The translations under genes were made by a program, and so were the position numbers. From Octopus vulgaris (lineage: Eukaryota), in the NCBI GenBank assembly GCA_951406725.2, contig OX597822.1, positions 97,836,001 to 97,900,000 of the forward strand: 64,000 nt of DNA, in the 5' to 3' direction. Shown here piece by piece: positions 12,981 to 27,074 of the stretch; positions within the stretch are counted from its first letter, which is position 1; every line of letters starts with the position of its first letter. The notes below the pieces were generated by a model that made no database searches, was not told the origin of the DNA, and saw nothing but the letters and a program-made list of their open reading frames with translations.

Positions 12981-13756
12981 ATTACACGGATATGTATAAT
13001 GTGAGTGCTCTCTGTCACTCTAATATCCATAGATAAGAGTTTTATTGGTTGTACAGATAGCACACCGTCCATATCAAAAGTATTATTTTTTTTCTTGGAA
13101 AACACAAAATTCAGAAATTCTCTAACATTGATTTTTCTATGGAAAGCTTCTTACTGAAGGGACACTGTCATCCAAGATGAAGTTTATTATAAAGGCCGAA
13201 TTGATGAGAAATTTTGATAATCTCTAATACAAATATATTCTGATGAAGGCAAATTGGCAGAATCTGTGTTGCGTTGGATAAAATACCTAGCAGTATTCGT
13301 TTGAGCTTTCTGCGATCTGAGTTCAAATCCCACCGATGTCAGCTTTATGTTTCCATCTTTCGGATGTGAATGAAGTACCAATTCCAGCCGATAGACAGGC
13401 GGAATTGTTAAAGCGTTGTACTGAGACAGTAACATTTCCTTCCTAAATGGGGACGCGGATCCTTTGCAGGGTCAACTTCCCTGCTATTGTCTGAATTCAT
13501 TCACAGCTGGCTGGACTGGAGCAACATAAAATGAATGGAGTGTTTTTGCTCTCAAGTTCTTCCGAGAATCGGAACCATGATCTTCCGATCGCGAGTGCAA
13601 ACACTTAACCATTAAGCCACGTACTTTCACAGCTGTTTGGCCCTTTTGAATTCTGAATTAAAATCCCAATTAGCGCAAATGGAGAGAGCAAATGGTCCGA
13701 TCACAGGGTACCTCGTCCAACTCACCAGTAACAACACACTAAGTTTTTTTTTTTAC

Positions 13757-14136
13757 GCACTCCGTCGGTTACGACGACGAGGGTTCCGGTTGATCCGAAT
13801 CAACGGAAAAGCCTGCTCGTGAAATTAACGTGCAAGTGGCTGAGCACTCCACAGACACGTGTACCCTTAACGTAGTTCTCGGGGATATTCAGCGTGACAC
13901 AGAGAGTGACAAGGCCGGCCCTTTGAAATACAGGTACAACAGAAACAGGAAGTAAGAGTGAGAGAAAGTTGTGGTGAAAGACTACAGCAGAGATCACCAC
14001 CATCCCCTGCCGGAGCCTCGTGGAGCTTTAGGTGTTTTCGCTCAATAAACACTCACAACGCCCGGTCTGGGAATCGAAACCGCGATCCTATGACCGCGAG
14101 TCCGCTGCCCTAACCACTGGGCCATTGCGCCTCCAC
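13757..14136 (-). mobile_element. SINE family B, full length
   Basis: Near-identical to 12596-12980. Confidence 0.95.
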
Positions 14137-14164
14137 TATTTTAGTTAAATTAATTAACAACATA

Positions 14165-14710
14165 GGTGCAGGCGTGGTTGTGTGGTAAGAACTTTTCTTC
14201 CCAACGACATGGTTTCTGGTTCAGTCAACCAAAGCCGTTTGAATGGATTTGGTAGAGGGGAGAAAAACAAAATGAAAGATGCCTGTTCTTTTTTGCGTCT
14301 CTAAGGTGGGTTTTAACTTATTACTAGTAATGTAGGTGCTATTCTGCACCGTGAGTCTTAATTAGTGGCTATTGAAATTTTGCTTTTTGGCTTTATATTG
14401 TGTACTACCACCTTCGTTATTTTATACACTTCAAGGACATAAAATACCAACAAGTAGAGGGTACCAAGTAGAGGTGGTGGACACACACACACACACATAG
14501 ATATATATGTGTGTGTGTGTGTGTGTGTGCACCACCTCTACTTGACAACCCCTGTTGGTATTTATATCCTTGAAACTTTAAGGTTCGGCATAAGAGACCT
14601 TTGGAATAAGTGTCATGCCTAGAAGAATTAAATATTAGGAGTCGATTCGTTCGACCTCAACGTGTTGCCCCAGCATGGCCACAGTATAATGACTGAAACA
14701 TATAAAATAA
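14165..14710 (+). mobile_element. Decayed, rearranged SINE family C
   Basis: Head GGTGCAGGCGTGGTTGTGTGGTAAG; 3' part CCAGCATGGCCACAGT..AATGACTGAAACA; internal fold-back at 14430-14574. Confidence 0.7.
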
Positions 14711-15023
14711 AATATGTCTAATAATAACAACGTTTTCATATATGAGTGACGTGTGTAGAAACGCATAACACGCATATATATGTATATAAACACACTGACA
14801 TCTCGAAAATAAATAGACACTATCATTTTTAAAAGATTTATTTTTAGAAAAAAAAATAATACCATTTGATACATGTAAATTCCTAATCTAGTATCAGCTA
14901 GGAGCCTCGTCGTCGTAACCGACGGAGTGCTCTATTCATCTTTATTGGTAACGAAGTAGATTCTTTAAATATTTATTTCATGATTAATAATAAATTATTT
15001 TAGTCTTTTAAATCGCTACTTAT

Positions 15024-15281
15024 GGGATGGATGGAAGCACTCCGTCGGTTACGACGACGAGGGTTCCGGTTGATCCGAATGAACGGAACAGCCTGCTCGT
15101 GAAATTAACGTGTAAGTGGCTGAGCACTCCAGCAGGGATCACCACCATCCCCTGCCAGAGTCTCGTGGAGCTTTAGGTGTTTTCGCTCAATAAACACTCA
15201 CAACGCCCGGTCTGGGAATCGAAACCGCGATCCTATGACCGCGAGTCCGCTGCCCTAACCACTGGTCCATTGCGCCTCCAC
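15024..15281 (-). mobile_element. SINE family B with internal deletion
   Basis: 14-bp TSD AAATCGCTACTTAT (15010-15023, 15282-15295); ~145 bp missing at GCACTCC|AGCAGGG. Confidence 0.95.
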
Positions 15282-15488
15282 AAATCGCTACTTATAAAAT
15301 ATATGAAGTAAAGAATTTTGCTCTAAGCATTTAGATATATGGATTTATGTTGCAAAATTTCTGATGTGAAACCGTGTGTTGAAACAGATATTGTATTTCG
15401 GGACAGTCATATTTTCTGCCAAATAAACAAACACACGCACTATTCATTCGTTCTTCACTCGTTTATTACTGTTCTTATTCTGTCCATT

Positions 15489-15863
15489 AGTGGAGGCGCA
15501 ATGGCCCAGTGGTTAGGGCAGCGGACTCGCGGTTTCGATTCCCAGACCGGGCGTTGTGAGTGTTTATTGAGCGAAAACACCTAAAGCTCCACGAGGCTCC
15601 GGCAAGGGATGGTGGTGATCCCTGCTGTACTCTTTCACCACAACTTTCTCTCACTCTTACTTCCTGTTTCTGTTCTACCTGTATTTCAAAGGGCCGGCCT
15701 TGTCACTCTCTGTGTCACGCTGAATATCCCCGAGAACTACGTTAAGGGTACACGTGTCTGTGGAGTGCTCAACCACTTACACGTTAATTTCACGAGCAGG
15801 CTGTTCCGTTGATCGGATCAACCGGAACCCTCGTCGTCGTAACCGACGGAGTGCTTCCATTCC
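15489..15863 (+). mobile_element. SINE family B, full length
   Basis: 12-bp TSD ATTCTGTCCATT (15477-15488, 15864-15875); (TTCCA)n tail. Confidence 0.95.
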
Positions 15864-16298
15864 ATTCTGTCCATTGTCCGATATCCGAATCCTTTCGTCA
15901 TACATCCGACCTCTTCAGCGACACTTTCCGTCCTATCTTTTTCACAAAAGTTCAGTGGCTTTTATCTGGACATATTCTCAATGAAGTTTGAGCATTCACA
16001 GTTGAACTTTAAAAACCTTAGTGCCGGATGAAAACCCTGTTCTTTCTGAGAAGTTCATTAAATCCATTTCGCTGTTACATTTTTCTTATTTAACCGATTT
16101 CTTTCGGAACGTCACATGATTCGAACAAGGAATTGCAAAGGAAAGCATTAATGTTTAGTAATGTTTAGTAAGACCCAGCAATTCAGAATTTGAACCTTAG
16201 TTTCCGCACTGGAACTAGAAAGTGAATCGAAACGAGATAATCGCTTTCTTGAACTAGCAGAAATAACGTTTTAACAAGATTTTGGCGAATACAAGATT

Positions 16299-16635
16299 CG
16301 GAGACCCCCTTCGGTCACGACACAGACCATGGGATTGCACCTAGAAAGTTACCCTCCTAGACACAAGTCCGGGCGAGGTTGTTTATGGAAGACCAGCAGT
16401 CGCCCATGCATACCAGCCTCCCCTCCCCACGCCACCAGTGTTATCCAAGGGAAAGACAAAGGTCGATACAGCTTGGCACCAGTGACGTCGCAACTCATTT
16501 CTACAGCTGAGTGAACTGGAGCAACGTGAAATAAAGTGCCTTGCTCGAGAACACAACACGCAGCCCGGTTCGGGATTCGAGCTCACAACCTCACGATCGT
16601 AAGCTCGACGTTCTAACCACTGAGCCATGCGCCTT
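16299..16635 (-). mobile_element. tRNA(Arg)-like SINE family D (OR2-like)
   Basis: Head GGCGCATGGCTCAGTGGTTAGA on the minus strand; TSD CAAGATT (16292-16298, 16636-16642); second copy at 47934-48273. Confidence 0.93.
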
Positions 16636-17466
16636 CAAGATTAGTGACGTATAAACATAAAAGAATCGCTTACAAGGCATCTTACCAAATTCAAACAAGC
16701 GGCTGTTTGGTTACTTTGCAGATCATTATTCACATAGTGTCTGCCGAGTTGTGAAATTCTTTGACTATAAACTTACTACCGAAGCTGAAAAACCTGAAGG
16801 ATTGGCAAAGACATTTCTTCAACTTCGCTCTAACATTGAAGCAATCATAGAATTTAGAGAAAAACAGATCTCATTTTTTTTTTTTTTTTTGGGATGCCAA
16901 AAGCCGAAAATCCGAGTAGTAGGCTTTCAAAACAGTGCATGTGAAAACGACAAAAATACCGCTACCTTTGTTTATTTGTGAACTTGAAAACGAAGTTCAG
17001 AGATCGGTTACGCGATGGAGATATCACCCAAGTTGCCTTGACATTAAAAACCCCTGTGACATTGCTTTCTAATAAATAAAACAGCATAATGGTTTTTTTT
17101 TAAATCGTAAAGTGGAATAGTTTTTGAACGAAATTCTATAGTTTTCTTTTAGTCTTTATAATCAATTTTGCTTTTACGAGCTATTTTCATGTGATGTTTT
17201 TTCCTCCATACTAATGTGTGTGTGTGTGTGTGTGTGAACTTCGAAATTAGCCTTTAGTAATCTTCGTGAATTTAGAATTGATCCGTGTTAATTCTTGTAA
17301 AATCAAAAATTGATCCATAGCAGTCCTAACCGGCGTGTTTTTTTAAAATTATTATTTTACAATCACCTTTGTTTCTTTTTCCAAAGCAAAGAACCAAAAC
17401 AATTTAGGATTCTGAAGACAGAATCCAAGTTGCTTCTGACATTAAATAGTAAAGATTTTGATGTTA

Positions 17467-17790
<324 letters not shown>

Positions 17791-18098
17791 GCACAACATG
17801 AAGCGGTATCGAGTAATGCAAGAAAAATATTGATTGTTGGCCTACGTGGTCATTTGACGAAGAAAAAAGGTAGCAGCCAAAAAAAAACTCCCTACAATCT
17901 CACCCTTAACACGGAGAGAACACATATAATGTATTCATATATATTCTAAAAAAAAGACAGAGTTGTCATATCTGGAACACTATTGATATGACTGGGGCCC
18001 CATACATGATCTATTCAACCATTGTTGACCTGGGGCTAAAAAGAAACGATATCAACAACAGTCACCTTACTCCAACACATACATCATACTCTTATGTA

Positions 18099-18466
18099 GT
18101 AGGAAGCACTCCGTCGGTTACGACGACGAGGGTTCCGGTTGATCCGAATCAACGGAACAGCCTGCTCGTGAAATTAACGTGTAAGTGGCTGAGCACTCCA
18201 CAGACACGTGTACCCTTAACGTAGTTCTCGGGGATATTCAGCGTGACACAGAGAGTGACAAGGCCGGCCCTTTGAAATACAGGTACAACAGAAACAGGAA
18301 GTAAGAGTGAGAGAAAGTTGTGGTGAAAGAGTACAGCAGGGATCACCACCATCCCCTGCCGGAGCCTTGAGGAGCTTTAGGTGTTTTCGCTCAATAAACA
18401 CTCACAACGCCCGGTCTGGGAATCGAAACCGCGATCCTATGACCACGAGTCCGCTGCCCTAACCAC
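18099..18466 (-). mobile_element. SINE family B, slightly 5'-truncated
   Basis: 12-bp TSD TACTCTTATGTA (18087-18098, 18467-18478). Confidence 0.95.
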
Positions 18467-18498
18467 TACTCTTATGTATCTGTGTATATATAAATGTA

Positions 18499-19686
18499 CG
18501 AGGGTGGGTTGAAAAGTTCATAGGCTGACTATGAATGGGTGATGGTAGAGCTGTAAAATTTTGCATGCATTAATTTCAACACTTGTATTTAATAACTGCA
18601 TTGTTTCTTTCCATGTAAACCTGACATCTGACTGTTCAAAGAAGACTTTACACGTAAATAGTAGCAACGTTTCCAGAAAATCGTCAAAATTTGGTATCGG
18701 GCGGGGGCAAGGTTATGAAGTACCTGCAGAAAAATGGTTTAGTCCCCAAAGACATTCATGCTGACATGGTTGCTACATTAGGAGATAACGATTCAGCTTT
18801 AGCAGCAGTGCAAAAGTAGATAGTTAAAATTAGGAGGGAAAGGGAGAATGTTAATGATGACCCAATGTCTGGACGTCCGGCAGTTGCCACCACTGAGGAA
18901 AAAATTGATCATAGTATCCACATGGTGATGGATGACAGGCGATTGATTATAAATCCAATAACCAATGTAAGTAGCATATCTCGTGAGAGAGTTGAGAATA
19001 TTCTGCAAAATGAACTTGGTATGATGAAGGTTTCTACATCCTGGGAAACTCTGATATTGTTTGAGGCAAATCCAGCTGGTTTCCTTGAACGCTTCCTAAC
19101 CTAGGATGAGTATTAGGTTCATTAACTTGAGTTAGAGACAAAGGGACAGTCTATACAGTGGAAACATCTATCGTCACCCGCTCCAAAGAAGTCTAAGACC
19201 GTTTCATCTGCAGGGAAGGTGATGGTCTCAGGTTTTTGGAATACAATTGGCATTGTGTTTACTGACTATGTTCAAAAGTTCACACCATCAATGGAGAGTA
19301 CTATGCCAACTTGCCGAGGCAGTTACGAAAAGCCATCAAGACCAAGCGCCCAGGATAACTGATGAAAGGGGTCTTGTTTCATCAAGACAATATTCAAGTG
19401 CACAAATCCTTGGTTTTAATGAGTGCTATGCGTGACTGTGGATTTGAACCCGTTGATCGCCCTCCCTATCTGATTATCATCTGTTCCCCAACAGGAAAAA
19501 AAGAAAAAAAAAAACGCTTGTCTGGGAACTAGTGTCGTAGTGATGATGACGTCATATCTGCTGTTCATGACTTTTTGACCGACATGATGAAATCGTCTTC
19601 ACCAATGGATCCGAGCATTGCAACACCAATGGACGCATTCCATCAAATTATTTTGGTCAGAGTATGAATTCTTCAGCCGACCCTCC
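18499..19686 (+). mobile_element. Decayed mariner element (irritans-like) with both TIRs
   Basis: TA-CGAGGGTGGGTTGAAAAGTTCATAGGCTGAC ... GTCAGAGTATGAATTCTTCAGCCGACCCTCC-TA; transposase remnants SGRP...DDRRL, ETKGQSIQWKH, SAGKVMVSGFW, HQDN. Confidence 0.9.
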
Positions 19687-19734
19687 TATGGGTATACACA
19701 TGGATATGTGTACAGTTTCATCATTCAGATCCTC

Positions 19735-19809
<75 letters not shown>

Positions 19810-19812
<3 letters not shown>

Positions 19813-20150
19813 TCAATTTAGGGTAGCAAAAGATTCAATAGAAATTATTTTGCCACCAGCGGTCTAGTGAGAAAGAGGAAATAGTCAGAGACTATAAATA
19901 ATTTCAACAACAATTGAGGAACGGCCACAATAGGCCGTTCGACCGACTAGAAAGAGCAGCCAGGACTCCAACAGCAAATAGTAGTAATTCCGAAATTTAA
20001 GGAAAATTAAAAACATTTACCCTAAAGATGAATAGGGTAAATGGTTTTTAATTTTCCTTAAATTTCGGAATTACTACTATTTGCGGTTGGAGTCCTGGCT
20101 GCTCTTTCTAGTGGGTCGAACGGCCTATTGTGGCCGTTCCTCAATTGTTG

Positions 20151-20152
<2 letters not shown>
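19810..20152. mobile_element. PLE-type repeat fragment folded into a 247-bp near-perfect hairpin (19906-20152)
   Basis: Arms are reverse complements around an 8-nt loop (20025-20032); arm sequence resembles 58020-58107; bounded by (TA)n. Confidence 0.8.
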
Positions 20153-20197
<45 letters not shown>

Positions 20198-20201
<4 letters not shown>

Positions 20202-20380
20202 TTCAGTCCCCAGATCTGAATATTATTCAACATTTAGGGTGCATTTTAGAAAAACAAGTAAAGGGACGATGTCCTCCATTATCATCGCCACAAGAACTGG
20301 AGACTGTTTTAGCTGAAGAATGGACAAAAATTCCTTTGCAAACAATTCAAACTTTGTACGAGTGCATTACTCGTAGAATT
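20198..20380 (+). mobile_element. Tc1-family transposase 3' fragment
   Basis: QSPDLNIIQHL...ELETVLAEEWTKIPLQTIQTLYECITRRI (cf. SPDLNPIE motif). Confidence 0.85.
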
Positions 20381-20653
20381 TGCTGGATGGATGTATGCAT
20401 GCAAGTATATGTGTATGCGTATATACATGTGTGTGTGTGTGTGTCTTTATGTCTATCTACCTGTTTTGCTTATTGAAACTGAAAGCTTATTTCACGACCC
20501 AAGTTTCACGCAACTGCGTTCTTGACACATACACTCACACACAAGTATTCGTGCAAACACACATACACAAACATTCGCGCGCGTACTCACACACAAACAT
20601 TCGCGTGCACAAACACACTCACACACCTGTGTGAGTGTATATACGTACATACA

Positions 20654-20735
<82 letters not shown>

Positions 20736-22429
20736 TAAGAGACAGAACCTCCATAAAGTAATTAATAATGAAAGATATTATCTATAATAAAATATAAATT
20801 TAAATATATAATCAATATTGTACTAAAAATTACTATACTAAATAATACACTTTCTGTTTCCAGTAGTATATTGTGTGTGTGTGTGTGTGTGTGTGAATAG
20901 TTGACGATCTAATTATGTGTAAGTATACGTTTACGTTGAGGTGTATGCACATATATATTAGTAATTACTATTAGCATTAACAACCTTGTATTCAAGACAC
21001 GCACAAAGACACACACACATACGCATATACACTACTGCACTCACATGTCCGAACAGACACATAAAGCCATACACGTATACTCATACATGGACATGTTATT
21101 TTGGTTTAGCTTTTAATTATTAAATGCAAAACCCATCATTATTGTAGCAGATACTATCAAGGTGAATCGAAAGTATTTTAACCCGAGGAAATTTGAGAAT
21201 CATCCATTTTTATCATGTTTTAGCATCTTGCTGGCAATAAAAAAAAAAACAACTATTAAAATACGGAAATAGATTATCTAACCATTAACTTTCTTTTCTG
21301 ATTCTCGGTAGCTGCGTGACAAATTGTCTCAAATGTCTCCTTTGTGTTTTAAATGATTTGAAACGTGTCTACGAAAGAGATTCTACGTGACCGGTTGACG
21401 TTTAAAAGAATAGCAACCAAATCTCAGAAAATACCTACCGCCTAAATATATTACAGTGCACTTGGAATAATGTATTGTTGAGTGTACAATGAATTAAAAA
21501 AAAAGACCGGATGGTTACAACTGGAATGCCTTCAGACATAAGTTACCCAGAACTGTCTCGCGATTAAGCCACTTCACAAAAACATTTGTTGATCTCTTGG
21601 TGTGTTATTAATAGTTTAAATACGCTTGAGGCACGTTCGAAATGGGGCACAAACCAGCCATTCACTGTGTTTTGTCATGGAGAAAATTTCTCGGTGTGGA
21701 CAAATTATGTGGATACAACTAGACTAGTTCGCAGTGCCACCCACCTAGACTGTGAGATGCCAGCGTTTCGGAGTAGTTGTGTCCTCTTCAGTCACAGACA
21801 CCAGCCAGATGACGCTGCGAACTGATCATAGAGATTGTCTCGCTTATGCTATTTCAGTCACCGTACGAAGAATGATAAGCTCTATTCGGTGGCTCACTGT
21901 AAGTAAATTACGGAGTGGGAGCGCTAAGCAGTGATAAGTATAAACGCAATGTGATTACCAGTTCAAATATACATGAGGCACGTTCCAACTGGGGAACAAG
22001 CCATTATTGGATGTTATGACCGAACGCGAACGGCACCGGATATGAAGGAAGTAGGTTGACGGTGTCTGATGCTGGTAAAATTTGGCTGAGCAAACCTCTG
22101 ATGAAAGAAATTCGTATCTTGAGTGTCGAGTCTTTTCCAAATGTTTAGGGGATAGGTATGACACGAGTAAGATATGATTGCTAATTTTCCGAGCGAATCG
22201 TGTAACCACACGGAGACTTTTTCGCTAATTTGCGAAAGAAGTAGATTGCTGTTGCGTTGCTGTCGTTCAGACTAGTGGCCCTGAAACTACCAAATATCAA
22301 CTCCACTCCGCACTAAAAATAGTAATGGATTTCTTTAGTCCACCCTTTCTTTATTAACGTGAAAAAAGAAAAGAGTTTGCGTCCAAATAATCCGAATAAT
22401 CTCATAATGCTGGATCGGAGTCGTTTTCA

Positions 22430-22832
22430 TATTTTACTTGTTTTCAGTCATTAGACTACGGCCATGCTTGAGCATCGCCATTTGAGTCGAATTTTTAGTC
22501 GAATGAATCGACCCCAGGACTTATATTTTAACGCCAGGTACTCGTATTCTATCGGCTACTTTTATCGAACTGCTAGGTTACAGGGACATAAACAAACAAA
22601 TACTGGTTGTCAAGCAGTGACGGGGGATAAACACAGACACGAAGACACACACACACACACATACACATATGTGTGTGTGACAAGCTTCTTTCAGTTTCCG
22701 TCTGCCAAATTCACTAAAAGGCTTTGGTCGGCTCGGGACTATAGTAGAAAACACTTGCCCAAGGTGCCACGCGGTGGGATTGAACCCAGAACCATGTGGT
22801 TAGGAAGCAAATTTCTTACCACAGAGCCACAC
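22430..22832 (-). mobile_element. SINE family C, diverged
   Basis: ACACTTGCCCAAGGTGCCACGC...GAACCCAGAACCATGTGG; internal (CA)n. Confidence 0.88.
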
Positions 22833-23614
22833 CACCATCTATTTAGTTTACCCTGATAAGCAAGGCTGTTTATCATAGGTTTCTCGACTAGGACCACAAG
22901 GATTATTTTAACGATATTTAACACTATATTATCTAGTGTGACTTCTCTTAATTTGTGATAGAAACATGTGATTTGATGTCGATTTGAATATTATTTACTT
23001 AGAGCACGACTAGAAACCACACAAGCATTCTTATTGGATTTGGTTTTAAAGATTGTAGGAAGTGGTTCATTGTATTTATAAACAATGGCGATTTCTGAAT
23101 CATGAATGAGAATTTCCGGCATTGTCGTATTTCTTATTAAAGTGCGGATAGTCGAAATGACAAAATGTAAGATACAAGATACAACTCTGAAGTAAAATTG
23201 TTTTTGATATTATTAACTAAGCTATATTGTTGATTTTCATTCGCCTGAATGTCACTAACGAGATATGATGGCCAGTTCTTTATTATAATCATTGGCTACA
23301 GATGTTGGGAGATGTGTCCAGCTTAATAGAGTTATGGAATTGATAAGATGGAAGGTTTTTAGGTCAATGCATGAGAGGATAAAGGGAGATTTAAACATCG
23401 ATTTTTTCCCGGCACTATTATCATTCCGTGTGTATAAACACAGGATTCATTATATGAATCAAAGGATTTCAAACAATTGAGTGAACACTACGTGACAGCA
23501 GAGAATATCCCGAGAAAAAGAGAAAGAGAGCGAGATAGAGAGAGAAAGAGAAAGATAGATAGATCGATAGAAAGAGAATGATAGAGAAAGAGAGGGGGAA
23601 CGGGGAACGGCGTC

Positions 23615-24055
23615 GATCTAGCAGAATTGTTAGCACGAAGGAAATGCTTAGCAGCATTTCGACTTTTCGATTCTTTATTTTCTGAGTTCAAATGCCGCCG
23701 AGGTCGACTTTGCCTTTCATTCATTCGGGGTCGATAAAATAAGTACCAGTTGAGAACTGAGGTCGGTTTAGCCGACTTAACCCCTACCCTGAAATTCCTG
23801 GCCTTGTGCCAACATTCGAAATCAATATTACTTGAGGACATGGAGGCGAGCTGGTAGAATCGTTAGCACGCCAGGCAAAATGATTAGTGGCATTTCGTCC
23901 GTCTTTACATTCTGAGTTCAAATTCTGCTGAGGTCGACTTTATCTTTCATCCTTTCGGGGCCGATAAAATAACTACCGACTGAGCACTGGGATCGATGTA
24001 ATCGACTTACTCTCTCTCTTGAATTTGGTAACCTATTGACAAAATTTCAACTCAA
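23615..24055 (+). mobile_element. Two tandem SINE family A copies
   Basis: Two successive family A heads and cores (~23615-23830, ~23843-24055). Confidence 0.85.
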
Positions 24056-24663
24056 TCTTACCCAAGCATCTTAATTGACTGCAGAGTCAAGGACTTACAC
24101 TTTCCTCATTGAAATGAAGCTTCTAATGCAGTATAATTTACTGTTTCCTTTGACAGTCTTGTAGAATAGCCAGTTTCTTATAAAACTGCTGTCAAAATCA
24201 GATGTTGCAATAATAAGCAAAGGGTATAATTCACGACAGCTTTCTTCTCTATAATATACCAATGCCCCTGCAAGGTTTTTGTTTTGCCACAAATATTTAA
24301 ACGAGTCAATAACATTCTTGAATAACGCTATGATGCTACCTACGATCATTGCTTGTCAGTCATAACTGAATTCCGACTTGTCATGCATACAGAAAAATAC
24401 ACATACTCGACTGCATAACCATTAGGTTATATCATTTTTAGCCAAATATTTCGTCAAGTTTATCATTCTAATAGTTTATTTAAGCACAGAATATATATTA
24501 GCACTCTTCACCGAAGCATAGACTACTCTTTGTCATCCAAAGTAGGTGTTGCACTAAGGCGGTTTAAAAGAAACGAAGCGTACCAGAGTTACCTCACTGC
24601 CTTAGCCATCGCCTGTAATACCTCCCCTAAATAATTAACGACCATAATTTTCATATAAATATA

Positions 24664-24701
<38 letters not shown>

Positions 24702-24718
24702 CATACATATATATATAT

Positions 24719-24809
<91 letters not shown>

Positions 24810-24810
<1 letters not shown>

Positions 24811-26101
24811 GAGGGGCATTCAATAAGTAATGCTCCTGACCCACTTCCCATAGGAGTAGAGCAACGACACTTGGCACAGTTATTAGTCTTTTTTTACATA
24901 GGAACCACCCAAAGTTATACATATCTCCCATCGTTTGATGCAGCTCTAGAGACCGTTTTTGTAGAAGACCCCAGCTTGGTCCTCCAACCAAGACCTGACT
25001 TCAGAAATCAAGGCTGCATCATCTGGGAAACGCTTTCCTTTCAAAAACAACTTCATGGCTGGGAAGAGGTGAAAATCCGAGGGTGCAAGGTCAGGAGAGT
25101 AGGAGTTTGGGGGAAGAGTTCATAGCCGCACGCCTGTGCTTCTGATCTGGCGACCATCGAGTTGTGGACCGGAGCGTTGTCCTGCAGGAGGAGGATGCCT
25201 TTGCTGATCTTGCCCTGCCTCTTGATTTTGATAGCTTCTCTTAATTTCCTCAAAAGTGAAGCATAATAGGCTCCTGTAATTGTGGTACCTTTTGCCAGGA
25301 AATCTGTCATCTCTACTCCGTCCTGGTCCCAGAAGACTGTGAGCATGACCTTGCCAGCGGAGGGCTGCACCCTTGCCTTCTTTGGAGGAGGTGAGTCACG
25401 GTGTTTCCACTGCATTGACTGGGCTTTGGTCTCTGGATCATAATGATGGACCCAGGTTTCATCTTGTGTAATCAGTCTTTTGAAAAATTTTGACTCATCT
25501 TCTTGGCACATCTCCAAATTCATCCTCGAGCACTCGACGCGTTCTTGCTTCTGGAAAGGTGTGAGTAACATGGGAATCCATCTGGCAGACACCTTTTGCA
25601 TATACAAATGGTCATGAATGATAGTTTCCACAGACCCGGTACTAATCTTGACCTCATGGGCTATTTGGCGAATAGTTATGCGTCGATCTTCCAAAATGGC
25701 AGCCTCAACTTGACGGACAGATGCCTCATCAATGGCAGAAGGAGGGTGACCAGATCTGGGGGCTGTTTCCACAGAGTTCCGACCATGTTTGAATTCATGA
25801 TGCCAGCTTTTTACAAGGTCATATGATGGGGCATCATTATCATAAGTTACTTTCATTTCATCAAAAGCCTCCCGTGGTGTGCGTCCTTTCAAATACAAAA
25901 ACCGGATCACTGCTCGACACTCAACAGGCTCCATTTCACACTTGACTCAGTTCAAACACCTGTAAATCAGAAACCACAATTAGTTCAGAGCTGTAATTTG
26001 CCACGTAATCTATAGACATATGGATAATTGCACATGCAAAATTTCAGCAAGATCAAACAACAACAAGTGGGTCAGGGGCATTACTTACTGAACGTCCCTC
26101 G
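24810..26101 (-). mobile_element. Full-length mariner transposon (DD34D, irritans-like), 1292 bp, in (TA)n
   Basis: Imperfect TIRs CGAGGGGCATTCAATAAGTAATGCTCCTGACCCACTT / AAGTGGGTCAGGGGCATTACTTACTGAACGTCCCTCG; TA on both sides. Confidence 0.97.
24883..25934 (-). pseudogene. mariner transposase: 293 aa open, then a frameshift before YSPDLAPSD and a later in-frame TAG
   Basis: Motifs ARWIPMLL (WVPREL-like), TQDETWVHHYDPE, LLQDNAPVH; shifted frame gives [14 protein letters not shown]...FYKNGL*SCIKRWE. Confidence 0.95.
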
Positions 26102-26205
26102 TATATATATATATATATACTCATATATACATGCATATATATACATACATATATACATGCATATATATACACATATATACATGCATATATATACACATAT
26201 ATACA

Positions 26206-26256
<51 letters not shown>

Positions 26257-26753
26257 ATACATACATATGTATTTATATATATGTATGCGCGCGTGTGTAT
26301 TTGTGTATGTGTGTGTATGCGCGCGTGCATAAGTATATGTGTACATAAAAACTGTATTGTATAATGCGTAGCATGCATATTAGTGCACACACGTACACAT
26401 AATTTATCATGGCTGCGAAATAGCCGTAAACCTAAGGATGACATGTGGTTTAAATGAATATATTCATCACTCATAACTCCTGAATGTTTATGGTTTATAC
26501 AGTCTTCATGAGATAATCTCATCGATCGGATCTCCTAGAATTCAAGGGCGTGAAGCTCTGCATTATACTCCTCTGTATTGGATTACTATGTGGTTAGAGA
26601 AGCTTTCTGTGATAGCCACACAAAGCCGTATATGACAGTCCGTATATGACACAACACATTTTTATATACATACATACATACATACATACACACACATATA
26701 TATACATACATACATACAAACACACACACATACATACACACATACACACACAA

Positions 26754-26840
<87 letters not shown>

Positions 26841-26966
26841 CAATTTGATTCAACTCCTTGGTACTCTGAATTTCAAGGAGTTTGAATGAAACTGTTTTCA
26901 TCCATACATGTAACTCCTAATAAATGTGTCGAGTGCTCTTCTTTCTTTTGTTTACTCACTCGTATA

Positions 26967-27019
<53 letters not shown>

Positions 27020-27074
27020 AATAATAATAATAAATCTCTGAACGAGGTATAAACAGTAACTGCACGACAATGTG

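Noticed and set aside
15490-15555. tRNA-like sequences at SINE heads
   Set aside because: A/B boxes run into SINE bodies with TSDs; no complete cloverleaf, so not tRNA genes.
24090-24349. Possible minus-strand host exon ending at a GTAAGT donor
   Set aside because: No recognisable protein similarity, acceptor or partner exons; unsupported without RNA-seq.
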